Shown here piece after piece: positions 1 to 14,503 of a stretch of 64,000 nt of DNA. Both the position numbers and the translations under genes were made by a program. This stretch comes from the human T2T-CHM13v2.0 reference genome, Homo sapiens, in NCBI RefSeq assembly GCF_009914755.1, contig NC_060925.1; one strand, given 5' to 3'. Below the pieces are notes generated by a model. It was not told the DNA's origin. It searched no databases and worked only from the letters and a program-made list of their open reading frames with translations. How positions within the stretch are numbered: the stretch's first letter is position 1; each line of letters begins with the position of its first letter.

Positions 1-662
1 ATTTTCATCAATAAAATGCTTATCCATATACGACAGAATTGTCTGGAAATAGGAAGAAATCTCAATTGAAGTTTTAAGATCTGAATTCTAAATTCTAATT
101 ATAAATTAATGTTAAAGTCATTATGCATTAACTATATATTATATATATTACTATTCTTTATCTAAAATAGGAGACATTTCTGATACCGATTTAATAAAAA
201 GAAGCAAAATTATATCCCTTCTATTCAATTGTTGAATTTACAATTATAGAGGAAATATTAGTATGGTATTTCATATTTAATTAACAATTAGCAATTAGTG
301 ATCAAAAGAAAATTTGTTTTCTATTTAATATAATAAATGAGTAGCTACAGAGAGAAAACCAAAAATATAAACCACAATACTTTTGGCAGGACCTCTGAAT
401 TCAGTAACTGTGTAGATCACATTTAAAGAAAAAAATTAACGCACAAAAAATTAGATTAACAAAAGGAATACACATTTTTTTCTTTTTATTCTTTACTTTG
501 TGAAATAAAAATTACTGTAAAAACAAAATACAAAATAGAAAAAGTGTTAAATAATTGGGTAAGTGGGTTTGATACAACTTAATAAGTTATGCATAGGGAC
601 TTTGGACCTGTATTGATTTTTTGGAATAAAACAACAACTCTATTTAAGCATTTATGATCTTA

Positions 663-731
663 TCATATCAATATTACATTTCAATATCAATTTTCATATC
701 AATATTACATTTTCATATCAATATTACATTT
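663..731. repeat. Short tandem repeat, 19-bp unit TCATATCAATATTACATTT x3 plus a partial copy
   Basis: Identical copies at 663-681, 694-712 and 713-731, with a 12-bp partial unit between the first two. Confidence 0.9.
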
Positions 732-1456
732 AAGGGTATGCATTTTCAACAAAGCTTCATTTATCTGGTTGATTTTTGTTTGGTTTATAAATAATACTAC
801 TGTTTTCCTTAATGTACTGAATTTTCTTTGGAAATATATATTTTCCTTGAATACCCTTGCCACATTGATAAATAACAAATAAAAACTAAAAATCAGCATA
901 AGTCAACTTTGAAATGGTTTGCTATTTTTTTGAAATCCATAATTACTGACAGCAGACTTTGCTGCCTCTCTATAAATTTGTGTGTGTGCATGTGTGTGTG
1001 CGTGTAGATGTACATCTGTATGTGTACTTTTAAATGGTGTTTGGTGTTCATGGACCTGTATAGTTGTAGCTGTATAGAAGTAGGATGCTATACCTTAGGT
1101 TTACCACTTGAAAACAATCTTAATAATATTAGGGGTCAACTAAGGATTGACCTTTGTATTTTTGACATTTTGAAATCATTGTAAATGAGCAAGGTGGAAA
1201 TATCAACATTTGAATTAAAACATTTACTGCAACATAGAACCACTGAAACTTACCCAGGAGCCCTAAAGCCTTTTGTCAATTACAGAAAGCCTAATAATTT
1301 GCATTTTAGTTTATAAATCTCATTTTTTAAAGAAGATTAAAATTTACTTAGTAACTTTCTTCGAAAATAAATCAACAAATAAACAAAAAATCAGTATCCT
1401 CTTACCATTTGTTTCACATATTTGATGTTGTTACTACAGGAAATACATAGTTAATA

Positions 1457-2099
<643 letters not shown>

Positions 2100-2190
2100 C
2101 GTTTGCTTATTTGATTTTTGCTTTTTATCTGAAACCTCTTCTATTTTAAGTATAACTACTTTAATTAAATATTAAAAAGAATAAATTAAT

Positions 2191-3274
2191 AAAATGAAGA
2201 GACAACTCACAAACTGGGAGAAAATATTTGAAAATCACACATTTGTTACTTACACAAAATATGTAAGTAAGTCAACTCTACAGAAAGAAAACAACCAGAT
2301 TGAAAAATCAGCAAAGGACTTGAAAAGACATTTCTCAAAAGAAGACATACAAATGACCAACAGATACGTGAAAAATACTCAACATCACTAATCATCAGGG
2401 AAATGCAAGCTAAAACCACAATGAGATATCATCTCAGACTTGTAAGAAGGGCTATCATCAAAAAGATGAAAGATAACAGTTGGAGAAGATGTGAAGAAAA
2501 GAGGAGACTTGCATATTATTGGTAGAAATGTAAATTAGTATAGACATTATGAAAGACAATATAGAGGTTCCTTAAAAAAGGAAAAAAAATAGAACTACCA
2601 TGTGATCCAGCAATCCCACTACTGAGTATATATACAAAAGGTAAAAAATCAGCAGGTGGAAGAGACATTTGCACTTCCATGTTCATTGCAGCATTATTTA
2701 TAATATTTAAGATTTGGAAACTACCTAAGTGCCCATAGATGGATGAATAGAATAAAAATGTGGAGTATATGTCCATACAACAGAAAAGTATTCAGCCTTG
2801 TAAAAGAATAAATTCTGTCATTACCAAAACATGGATGAACCCAGAAGGCAGTATGCTAAGTGAAAAGAGCCAGACACAGAAAGACAAATACTGTAAGATC
2901 TTACTTTTATGTGGAATCTAAGTAAATCAAACTCATAATTCTAGACAGTAGAATGGTAGTTACCAGAGGCACTGGGATGGGAGGGAAGGGGGAAAAGAAA
3001 ATATTAATCAAAGAATACAAAGTTTCACCTAGATATGAAGCATAAACTGTAGTGATATGTTGCACAGAATAGTGTCAATAACTAATAATAATGTATTGTA
3101 TTAAAATTGTTTAAAAATTAAATGTAAAATGTCTTCACCACAAAAGTTAATAAGTATGTGATGTAATGGATATGTTTATTAGTTTGATTGACTCATTCCA
3201 CAAAGTAAACACATATCAAAATATCACATTGTACCTCATAAATATATACAATTATTTGTCAATTAAAAGTAAAA
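2191..3274 (+). mobile_element. L1MA-family 3' end (ORF2 C-terminus and 3'UTR)
   Basis: AAAATGAAGAGACAAC...GAAGACATACAAATGACCAACAG...CCAGCAATCCCACTACTG...ATCACATTGTACCTCATAAATATATACAATT then A-rich tail. Confidence 0.9.
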
Positions 3275-4311
3275 GAAAATTTTCAGAAATAAAAACAATC
3301 ATTCTTCCTCATTCAATGCATTCAATTTCATAGACTCAATACCCTGTATTTGAAAGTAAGGTATATTTGGACTATGATTAGAAGTCTGTACTATTTCTAT
3401 CTTCTCTAATATTTTTACACAAACTTGCACCTTAAATTTGTATTATGGAAAGCATACCAGAGTAATCAAGAATTTTGAATATAATGTTTAGAGATGAGCT
3501 CCATTTCCATGGAAATTCATAGTTATGAGAAGAGGTGCTGAACTAAACCCTATGTAAGATAATCCAAGAAATTAACATTATGAGGAAAGATATATGGGAG
3601 TTAAAGAATGGTTCATTTCTATGATTATAACTGAATCCTGAGCAGCAAAATAACGGTTCTTCTCAGTAATTTGGCTCTATCTAAGGACTCTTCCAACACT
3701 TCATAATTCCTGTTCCACTGTTATATCATATATAGCTATATACTTTTAAGTTAAACTAAATTTACAACTATTAGATAACAAAAAAGAGGATACATGACAT
3801 AATGATAAGAATAATTACAAGCCTAATATATAAATATGTTTTTCTGACTACTCTAAGGAAGCTGTTGTCTTCTGAGGTTTGGAGTTGAATGAAAGTTAAT
3901 GTGAAGATCGCATATATTGTTTTCCTTTAAATCTCATAATGTATTAATTAGAGGAGGAAATGCTGTAGTTTGTTTTTGATGGTGTTTAGTTTTCTTTTTA
4001 TTTTTGTTTGTTAATAGTTCAGTCTTTCTCCAATAACACTGAGTTAATTGTTCGTAAAAATAAGGAAATCTGTATTTCTTTCATTTCAAATTTCCTTCGA
4101 ATTAAAAGCTACTTGACCTGTTAAATAAACATGCCTCATTCAAAGTGACTTTTTTTTTTTTAATTTTGACAAGCTATAATAAAAGCAAAGTGGAAGATCT
4201 AGGTCGAATGTTAATTCACATCACACATTTTTGGAAATGCAGACTATGGATGCAAAATGATAAATATTTTAATAAAGATCGAAAAGAAATTATTACTTAG
4301 ATTAAAAAAAA

Positions 4312-4482
4312 AAGAACTTTTCTAGCTGAGGAGACTGCCCCTCCTGGGTCTAGCCAGTTCTTACACAGTAAAGGGGTCAGATGGAGCCTGCCTGTGATGT
4401 GCAATCTAGCCAATCCAGAGGTGTATCTCCTTTATGTGACCACTATACCCCAGAAGGCAATATTTCTTTGATTTACTCACCT
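4312..4482 (+). mobile_element. Probable ERVL-class LTR fragment, subfamily uncertain
   Basis: GGAGACTGCCCCTCCTGGGTCTAGCCAGTTC and CCAATCCAGAG resemble old ERVL LTRs; GC-richer patch in AT-rich DNA. Confidence 0.4.
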
Positions 4483-7400
4483 TTAAATGATATTTTGCTA
4501 TTTGTATAATGCCTCCACTAAATGTAACAAATCCACAAGTATAGGATGAGGCTTTAAGGTTAAGCAAATTTTAATTATATTAAGTTGATATTTAATATCT
4601 TTTTTTGGTATGTTTCGAATTCCCAATCATAAATGGTAGAAGGGAAGAGCTACTATTCCTTTTAAAATAACAATAAACTTTTACTACCACCAAATAGAGG
4701 CAAAATTACTATGGCCAATGTTCCTTCTGAAAATGAAAGGAAACTTTAGTTCCCCGACTCTTATTATTCTTCCACCATTATCAGTCTTGGAAACTAAATA
4801 GAGTAAGGCATCCATAAATTAACATGATGACAATACAAACTTACATATATTACTATATTTTATTTTTTTCTTCAAAGACGATATTAACGTTTTACTCCAA
4901 AATTGTCCTAAATATTAATATATTTTATAATCATGTTAATAAATAAAAAATAAAATATATATTGGTAATTTATAAAACCTTTTCACTGGTCTTTTATTTG
5001 TTTTACGTTTGCAATGGGAAAAAATACATATACATTTTTCTCTCGACAATATTCTGGCTAACTAGAACCTCCAGAAATGACTGAGAGATATGAATATTGT
5101 ATAAAGATACTTTTAAACCTTGTATATACAGAGCTAAAGAGTTCTTAGTACTGATTATTCTTTACAAGCTTTTCTCCATAAGAGAGATCCACATGATGTT
5201 ATGTTCTACATAATGTTATGAATATGCTGCTGAAAGCAATTTGCTATAGGGTTACAAGTACTTGATTTTGCAAATAGAACACAGAAATAGTAAAATTTAA
5301 GTCTAACTCTGTCGTCGGTCACCAAAATGTGAAGGATTATTCTTATATTTTTGAAATATTTCTTTTAACATCACTTATAATTAAAACACCAATAAAGTTA
5401 TCTCCTCATCAAACTGTGAGGTGACAAACAAACTCAAAATGTTTAGAGATTTATAAACAAGAAAAATACAGTAGCCCATAGCCAGGCTGTTCACTATGAA
5501 TCTTCTAGAAAATGCTTTCCTCACCCTGTATGTTTCCATCTATTTCTCTAATGAGCTTATGTCTGAATTTCTGGAGCATTCAGTGTTGCATAAACAGGCA
5601 TTCAAGATTTGCTTATTCTTAAAGTATTAAGCATAGCTATACTGAAATTTCTATTAATGCATTGACAACATGATTGAAATGTTTGAAATAATTAAGACAT
5701 AACTACTTAATATTTTATTAGATGACGTTCTGATCTGAAATTTTTAAAAATGTATATACATTTTAGATACTTGAATAAAATTGTCTTAGATCAGACATAA
5801 AACTGGTAATATACAACATTTTGATCTGTCTTACACAGAAAAATATTCAGAAATAAATGTTTACCTGAACTGGCTGTAGTAACTACATCTTTGGATATTA
5901 TAACATAAGGACTATATTATAGTACTAGGTATTGTATGCTAAATGTTTTCTTGACTAGGTTGGTTTTCTTACAAATTGTCTTTAAGATATTAAGTAGCCT
6001 TCACAGTAATAAATGAAAAAATACAATTACTAATTTTTCAGAATTTTCTATTATGTGTGAAGTTTATTTTTAGGTTAATGAATTTCTATGTTGGTAATTT
6101 TTGTAGAATGTGATCTTGAGAACAACTGAATAAAGTCCTATGTCAGGTCAAGAAAGAAGACACAAACAGGGCTGCCCCGCAAAAGCAACCATCTAAGCCA
6201 ATGTTCTATGTACTTTTTTTTTTGTTTTTACATTGAATAAAGACCATATTTTATAACAGATAAAATATGGTCTTTAAAAATGTAACCAATGAAGCATTTG
6301 TATTTTATACAGAACAAATAAATGATTTTGAAGAAAGATTAACAGTCCAATCTCCTAAGTTTCTAATATCCAGTTCCATTAGTTCTGGTGTGCCAACTTT
6401 TATGACGATGCCCTGGGTGTGACTCATTCTGAAAATTAATATCCTGAAGAATCCAAACTCCCAAAAATAGGCAAAGTGGCTATATAGAAAATCTCATTCA
6501 AAAAAATTTTAAAGGCTAAATTTGGGTAAGAACTGGAATGTTACAGCATTTTAAATTTAGGAGAAATATTTTTATACCTCTGAGCAAGGAATAGATATTT
6601 GGGTTCAGGAAATGTTTCTGAGATGTTCAATGAAGAAGATATACTGAACAGGCTTAAGACATTCTCTGCCACTCTTCTCAGAAAACAAAAGCCCTACATA
6701 AATTATAACATTCACAAGTAATCTCCAGCTACTAAGATTAGAATGGAATCTGTAACTACAGGTTACCTCTCTTTGGTTTTGTTCTTTCTTCTAGCACAGT
6801 GACATGTATACAGCACACAAGCAAACAGATATTTGTGGATAAGTAATGTAATGCAGAGACCCTGTTTCCTTATTGATAGGGGTGTAGGAAGAAGAAAAAT
6901 AATAAAATAGAGCCTCAAGTATTTTTCTGCTCTATTACTCTCTGTAATATTCTGTAAGTTATTATAGTTTTCCACAGCTAAAAATAAAGTACATTGACCA
7001 ATGTATTAATATTCATTTGTGCACTTATTTTAAAATTTACATTTGAAGAAAGTGGGTATTTAATTAAATCCTACTAAAGTTTTTATTCTCTCGGCTTATC
7101 CTCTTCTCTTACAAAATCTTAAGAAAAATCTACCTTCGAGTAAGGGGAATTTTAATCCTCATTTCATCCTATGAATCATAATGTCTGGTCATATTCCAGC
7201 ATTAATTGCTTTATCTCCACACTAATGAGCTAATTTGCATTTTTTACAACAAGAACTTGCTGTCAAAACATCCATATGAAACTGAAATTTAGTCAATCAT
7301 CCGTATATGTGTTCTCATGCTTCCAAACATCTGGCTGTTTTGAAACTGCAGGGTGTTAGAAATAACATTTTAGCATTCTTCTGGAGTATTTTTTATACAC

Positions 7401-7827
7401 TTTTGGAGTCAAAGGACTGTTTGGCAATAGATGATAGCTATCAGCCTAATTGCCTGGGGAAAATTGCTTATTCACACACTTGCAAGATTTTGCATGCAAT
7501 TTCAGACTAATGTCATTTGAAGTCTGTCCATAATCTCAAGGCTAATTATCCATGATCTTGAAGTTTACCATTTTATAGTCAATATTTTTGGATGGATTAT
7601 TTTGATGATACCAAAGTTTTATCTCCATAGTTCCTGGTACTCCAATCATTATAAGTATCTATAATACATCATATGTCTAAGAATATCCTTGTGTCATTAT
7701 TTGCTTAATATCTACCTTCTCCACTAATGTGCTTCTGAGGTGAAGGATTGTTAATATTGCTCATCAATTTACAATCAGCACATAAGACGTTTCGTAGCCC
7801 AGCAGAGTGTTTGTTAAACTAATCAAG

Positions 7828-8187
7828 TGTATTAGTCCACTCTCACACTGCTATAAAGAACTACTTGAGACTGGGTATTTTATACAGAAAAGAGGTTTAA
7901 TTGACTCACAATTCTGCAGGCCGTACATGGCTGGGGATGCCTCAGGAAACTTACAATATGGTGAAAGGCAAAGCAGGAGCCAGCACTTCATACACGGCAG
8001 AAGCAGGAGGAAGAGAGAGAGCTAGGGGAGGTGCTATACACTTTTGAACTCTATCATGAGACAGTAGGGCTAAACCATTAGAAATCATACCCATGATCCA
8101 ATCACCTCCCACCAGGCCCCACCTCCAACATTTGGGATTACCATTGAACATGAAATTTGGGTGGGAACAGAGAGCCAAATCATATCA
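7828..8187 (-). mobile_element. MST (MSTA/MSTB-like) MaLR solo LTR
   Basis: TGTATTAGTCC...CTATAAAGAACTACTTGAGACTGGGT...CCACCAGGCCCCACCTCCAACA...GCCAAATCATATCA termini. Confidence 0.9.
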
Positions 8188-8512
8188 CCATGCTTATGAC
8201 TGAGTTATTTATTCACAGTTGAGAAGAATTTTAGGCATCATTTTCACTGTAGGAAAAAAAAAATCACTCTCTCTCAATATACATTTTGAAACTAAGTCTT
8301 ATGCCTATCCCAAAATATTAGCCATTACTCAAATTCTGTTTTTGAGAATATGAAGAATAAAAAAAATTACAGTTTAAGAGGATGTAAATTTTTCTAAAAA
8401 GATTCTGATTTAAGAATTCAGAAAAATCCACTGCCTCTGGGTAGGGTAGATTAACTTTACCTGTACAGACACCATCTAGCTAAATTAACACATGAGAGGA
8501 AAGCACCCCAAT

Positions 8513-8552
8513 CCAAATACAGGTTAATCTAACCAAATACAGGTTAATCTAA
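8513..8552. repeat. Perfect 20-bp tandem duplication CCAAATACAGGTTAATCTAA x2
   Basis: 8513-8532 is identical to 8533-8552. Confidence 0.95.
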
Positions 8553-8584
8553 GTTTTTTATTTGTTCATTTGAAATAGTGCATT

Positions 8585-9652
<1,068 letters not shown>

Positions 9653-9970
9653 TTATCTAAAGTTTTTTTTGTTTATTTAAATAATTCGCACAAATATCTA
9701 CTTGGCATAACAAAGAATGGAAAACATAACATTTTCCAAAAATAAATGACATTTTATTTGGAGTTGGTATAGCTTTGTCAAATCTGAAGCTCAGTAGATG
9801 ACAGAGAATCTTTGTCAATTTTTTAGGGGGTTTCACAAGTAGTCATTGAGTGTAAAGATATTACACACAGTCTTTTGTCATTTAATTGATCACTAAAACT
9901 TATCAAGGATTTCTCAATTTCTCTTTTCCATTGTCAGTGCTTTATGTACTTAATGATAGATCATGGCTTA

Positions 9971-10428
9971 CGTTATGGGTTGAATTGAGTTCTCTAGGAG
10001 GATATGTGGAGATCCTAACCTCTGCCACTGTGAATAGGAACTTACGGGGTAATAATCTTTGCAGATATAATTGAGATATACATGTAAATTATAATGAGTT
10101 CATACAGGAATAAGTGGATCCTTGATCTAATATGACTACTTTCTTTAAGAGAAGAGGCAAAGAGAAAGGGACAGTTGCACACGCAGCAGAAATGCCACCT
10201 GACAACATAGGCAGAAATTGAAGTGATGGATCTACAAGCCAAAGATCAAGGATTCCCAGCCAAGCCTAAAGCTTAGAAAAAGGCATGGAAATGATCATCA
10301 CCTAGAGCCTTCTGAGTGCATGGAAATGGCAATTCTTGATTTTAGACACCTAACCTCCAGAGATAATTGTTGTTTTGAGCCACAAGTTTGTGGTAATAAG
10401 TCAAGGCAGCCCCAAGAAAATGAAGTTT
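9971..10428 (+). mobile_element. MLT1 (MLT1B/C-like) MaLR solo LTR
   Basis: GTTATGGGTTGAATTG start, CTTTGCAGATATAATT, TCTACAAGCCAA, TTGATTTTAGAC...CCTCCAG, GTTTGTGGTAA...GGCAGCCC end. Confidence 0.8.
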
Positions 10429-10794
10429 CCCGGACAGAAAAGGTCATTTCCATTCAAGATGATAAGTAAACGCATGCATTTTCCTGTTAGAACCTTTAAA
10501 TTGTAGACTACATTTAGGTGGATTGGTACACTCAGTGCATAATCACCAAAACCTATATATTGTAGACTCTGAAGCTTAGTTTTAACAGCTGACAATGTAT
10601 TTTAAAAGACACAGGCTCATATTAAGCATGTAACCAAATATAGGCTGATACCACAGGCACCAACTTACTAATCAACAAAAGATATAGATAGCTACACTGG
10701 GAGCAGAAACATTTATGTTCAACATAGTCAAAATTTGTACAGATGTTTTCTTTGAAAAATATAATTATCAGATGATCACTAGAATGATTAAGTC

Positions 10795-11800
10795 CGCAAT
10801 AGCAACAAGAACAAAAATTGACAGTAGGATCTGATTAAACTAAAAGCTGCACAGCAAAGGAAACTATCAATGGAGTAAATGAATAACCCACAGAATGAGA
10901 GAAAATATTTGCAAACTATGCATCTGACAAAAATCTAATATCCAGAATCTATAAGGAACTTAAATAATTCAACAAACCAAAAGCAAATAACTCCATTAAA
11001 CAGTGGGCAAGAAAGGTGAACATGAATGTCTTGAAAGAAGACACACAAGTGGCCAAAAAACATGAACAAGTGCTTAACATCATAAATCATCAGAGAAAAG
11101 CAAATCACAACTACAACGAGATACCATTTTACAAAAGTCACATGGTCATTATTAATATGTCAAAAAACAACAGATGCCAGTGAGGCTGTGGAGAAAAGGA
11201 AATGCTTATACATTGTTGGAGGAAACGTAAATTGATTCAGCCACTGTAGGAAGCAGTTTGGAGATTTCTCACAAAACTTAAAACTGAATTGACGTTTGAC
11301 CCAGTAACCCATTGCTGGGTATATATCCAAAAGAAAATAAATCATTCTACCAAAAAGACACATGTGCTTATATGTTTATCACTGCACTATTCACAATAGC
11401 AAAGACAAAAAGTCATCCTAGGTGCCCATCAATAAAAAGAATCCATTCATAAAAAGAATGAAATCAGGTCCTCTTCACCAACATGTATGCAACTGGGTGC
11501 CATTATCCTCTAGGAATTAATGCAGAAACAGAAAATCAAATATCGTTTGTTCTCACTTATTAGAAGGGACTGAACATTGGCTACTCATGGACATAAAGAT
11601 GTCAACAATAAACAGTTGAGGCTATTAGAGGGAAGGAGTAGGGAAGGGGGAAACTGTTGAAAAACTACCTATTGGTATTATCCTCAGTACCTGGATGACA
11701 GGATGATTCATATCCCAAACCTCAGCATCATGTAGTATATGCATTCAACAAACCTGTATATATATCCACAAATCTAAAATAAAAGTTAAATTATAGAAAA
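10795..11800 (+). mobile_element. L1PB-family 3' end, with a small internal deletion near 11432
   Basis: ORF2 tail motifs (ACAGCAAAGGAAACTATCAA, AAATCATTCTACCAAAAAGACACATG) and 3'UTR ATCCCAAACCTCAGCATCA...AAATCTAAAATAAAAGTT. Confidence 0.88.
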
Positions 11801-12227
11801 CAAAACAAATAAGCAAAACTTTCAATCACAGTCAGTAGTGTACTCATGTTAAGTCTTTTTTTGCATGCAGTGATCAATCTGTCAAAAGGGCTAGAAAATT
11901 TGCCTTCATTTATTCATGGAATTACAATGAGAACTTCCTAATGCCATTTTTCTGATTTTAAATGCCCTAAAACCACCACTCTTAAGTTTAGACGATGTGT
12001 TTATCATCACATGCACATACACAGACCTCCCACACACACAAAAAAAATTATTTTATTTCTTAATGTTTAAATAAAGCAAGATATCAATGCTTAAATTTAG
12101 GCTGTTTGTCAATGGTAAAATAGTCATATATTTTCAGGATTTATGGTTTGTGCTGCCAAAAGATCCACAACATACAATAAGGAGGCCTTGGGAGAGAAAT
12201 TTTTACAAAAGCAGAAGTGACCAAGAA

Positions 12228-14300
12228 TGCGATTTCCAGAATGGCTAACTAAGAAGCTTACCAAAACCTTTTTCTCTATGCAGCAATAAGATGGATCAAA
12301 ATTATTGAAAACAACAAATCAGAAGTCTGGAAATTGACCAGAGGCACACACAAAATTAAGTTTTTATTTAAGAAAAAAAAACTGAACCTTAGTAAGAACA
12401 GTGGGAGTCTTTGATATTTTAGGCTGGGGCTGATATGACTCCTATTCCCAATACCTCCATGCATGAGTTCTATCATGGCAGGGAAAGCCAGGAAGAGTAC
12501 AGCTTCAGTGCCCAAATGGATGACTTGATGTGAATAGAGTTGAAAAAAAAAAGAAAAAAATCATGACCATGTATGTTGTCCAAAACAATATATTTCTCAT
12601 TAAAAACAACTAAGGAAGTCCAATATTAAAGTGAGTTTAGCATTATGCTATAGACTGGGATGAGCAATACACAAACCAGAATTAAACAAGAAGAACCAGG
12701 GGAAAAAGACAGTCACAATGGACTTTAGTGCGTTTCTGTAATAATCTGGAAGGCTGCACTGATGGCCAAAGAGGTAGGTACACTCAGGAGACACTAGAAA
12801 GGGCTGAACTATCAATACTAGCTTAACATAAGGCCTTGCAAAGGGAGAAAGTAAAAGTTGGGCCAACATGTAAACTGACATATTGAATGTGTTCAAACTA
12901 CTTACAGACCTAGTGACAAACAGCCGAAGGCTTGCAGGGTCAAGATGTTTAAGTGCAACTTCTGACTACTTATTGGCAGACACTAAACTATGGTGACCCA
13001 AAGTGACTCAAGCTTAAAAACCATAAACAAAACTGCAACAACAAGAAAATATTCATAGATATAACTGGCCATACCCTGCTAGTATGTCATATCATCAGGG
13101 AGACAAACCATACAGAATTTTTCTAGTGAGTTAACTAAGCAAATACATAAACAAAAAAGCAGCAATAATAATTCCCGGGGGAAGGGAGTCAGTATCCAGA
13201 ATCAATACAATGTAAAACCAAAAATGTCAGGTTATAATAAATAATTATGAGATATGCTGAGATACACAAAAGTATTATCTATACAAAAGATAATAATGCA
13301 CAGGGCACAGTGGTTTATGCCTGTAATTCCATCACCATGGAGGGCTGAGGTGGGTGGATTGCTTGAGCCTAAGAGTTTCAGAGCAGCCTGGGCAACATGG
13401 AGAAACCCCATCTCTACAAAATTACAAAAATTAGCTGGTTGCTGGTGGATACCGGTAGTTCCAGCTACTCAGCAGACTGAGGTGGAAGAATCTCTTGAGC
13501 CCAGGAGGTGGAGGTTGCAACTAGCTGAGATCACACCACTACACTCCAGCCTGAGTGATAAAGCAAAAACTTGTCTGAAAAAAAAAAAAGAATTGAAAAA
13601 AAAAAATAATTGAATAGGTGACCTCTTACTGACCTTTTTGATTTTCAAATTAAGAAAAAAACAATAGATACTGCTTCTGAAATGGTCTAGATATTGGACT
13701 TAACACAGACTTCTCAGGAATAATAACTATGTTTTAAAAACAACTATAGAAAGCTGTGTTTAAAGAATTAAAGGAAAATATGACAGTAATGGCTCATCAA
13801 ATAGACATTATAAAGTAATAGTAATTATATTTTAAATAATACAAATTCTAGAGTCAAAAATACAATAATTGAAATACTTTTTAATAATCACTGGAGTGGC
13901 TCGACAGCAGATATTAGCTGGAAGAATAAAGAATCAGGAAATGGAAAGATAGATCAATACATATTATCCAATCTAAAGAAAATACAGGAAGAAAAGCCAT
14001 TATATTTAAATAGAGACTTGGAAACCTATGGGACACCATTGAGCCCACCAACATTTACATAATAATGATATCAGAAGAAAAGGGGAGAGAAAGAGGAAGA
14101 AAAAATATTTGAAGATAAAAAGGCCAGAAACTTTTCAAATAAGATGAAAGTGTTGATGTTTACATCCAAGCAACTGAACATACTCTAAGTAGGATAAATG
14201 CAAACAGAATCATGCTTACACTAATTATAATTAAACTCTTGAAGACAATGACAGGGCGCAATCTTTAAAGGAGCAAAATTAAAATGACTCATCACAAACA
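12228..14300 (+). mobile_element. Old L1M 5'UTR and decayed ORF1, interrupted by an AluJ
   Basis: A-rich ORF1-like text (TTTAAAGAATTAAAGGAAAATATG, AAATTCTAGAGTCAAAAATACAATAATTGAAAT, GAAAAAAATATTTGAAGA, ACTCTAAGTAGGATAAAT). Confidence 0.65.
13298..13606 (+). mobile_element. AluJ (Jb-like)
   Basis: GGATTGCTTGAGCCTAAGAGTT and CTTGAGCCCAGGAGG J-type motifs; diverged dimer with A tail. Confidence 0.9.
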
Positions 14301-14503
14301 AGGGCTATTTGCTTATGAGGCATGGAGAATGACTCAAAAGTGACAAGAAAACTTTCTGGTGACTTGGAACCCTTCCATATCCTGATTCATTTGGGTCTTT
14401 GTTACATGAGCATATACATGAGCACATACATTTGTCAAAACTCATAGAATGACACTTTTAAAATATCAACATTTCTTGTACATTAATATACCTCAGTGAA
14501 AAA
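14301..14503 (+). mobile_element. L1MC/L1ME-type 3'UTR terminus
   Basis: AACTTTCTGGTGA, ATACATTTGTCAAAACTCATAGAA, TATACCTCAGTGAAAAA. Confidence 0.65.

Noticed and set aside
663-731. CRISPR-like repeat/spacer pattern (also considered at 36215-36270)
   Set aside because: No unique regular spacers, no cas genes, and the DNA is primate
6107-6203. Possible exon after TTTTTGTAG
   Set aside because: No convincing donor site, no ORF or homology, and no partner exons
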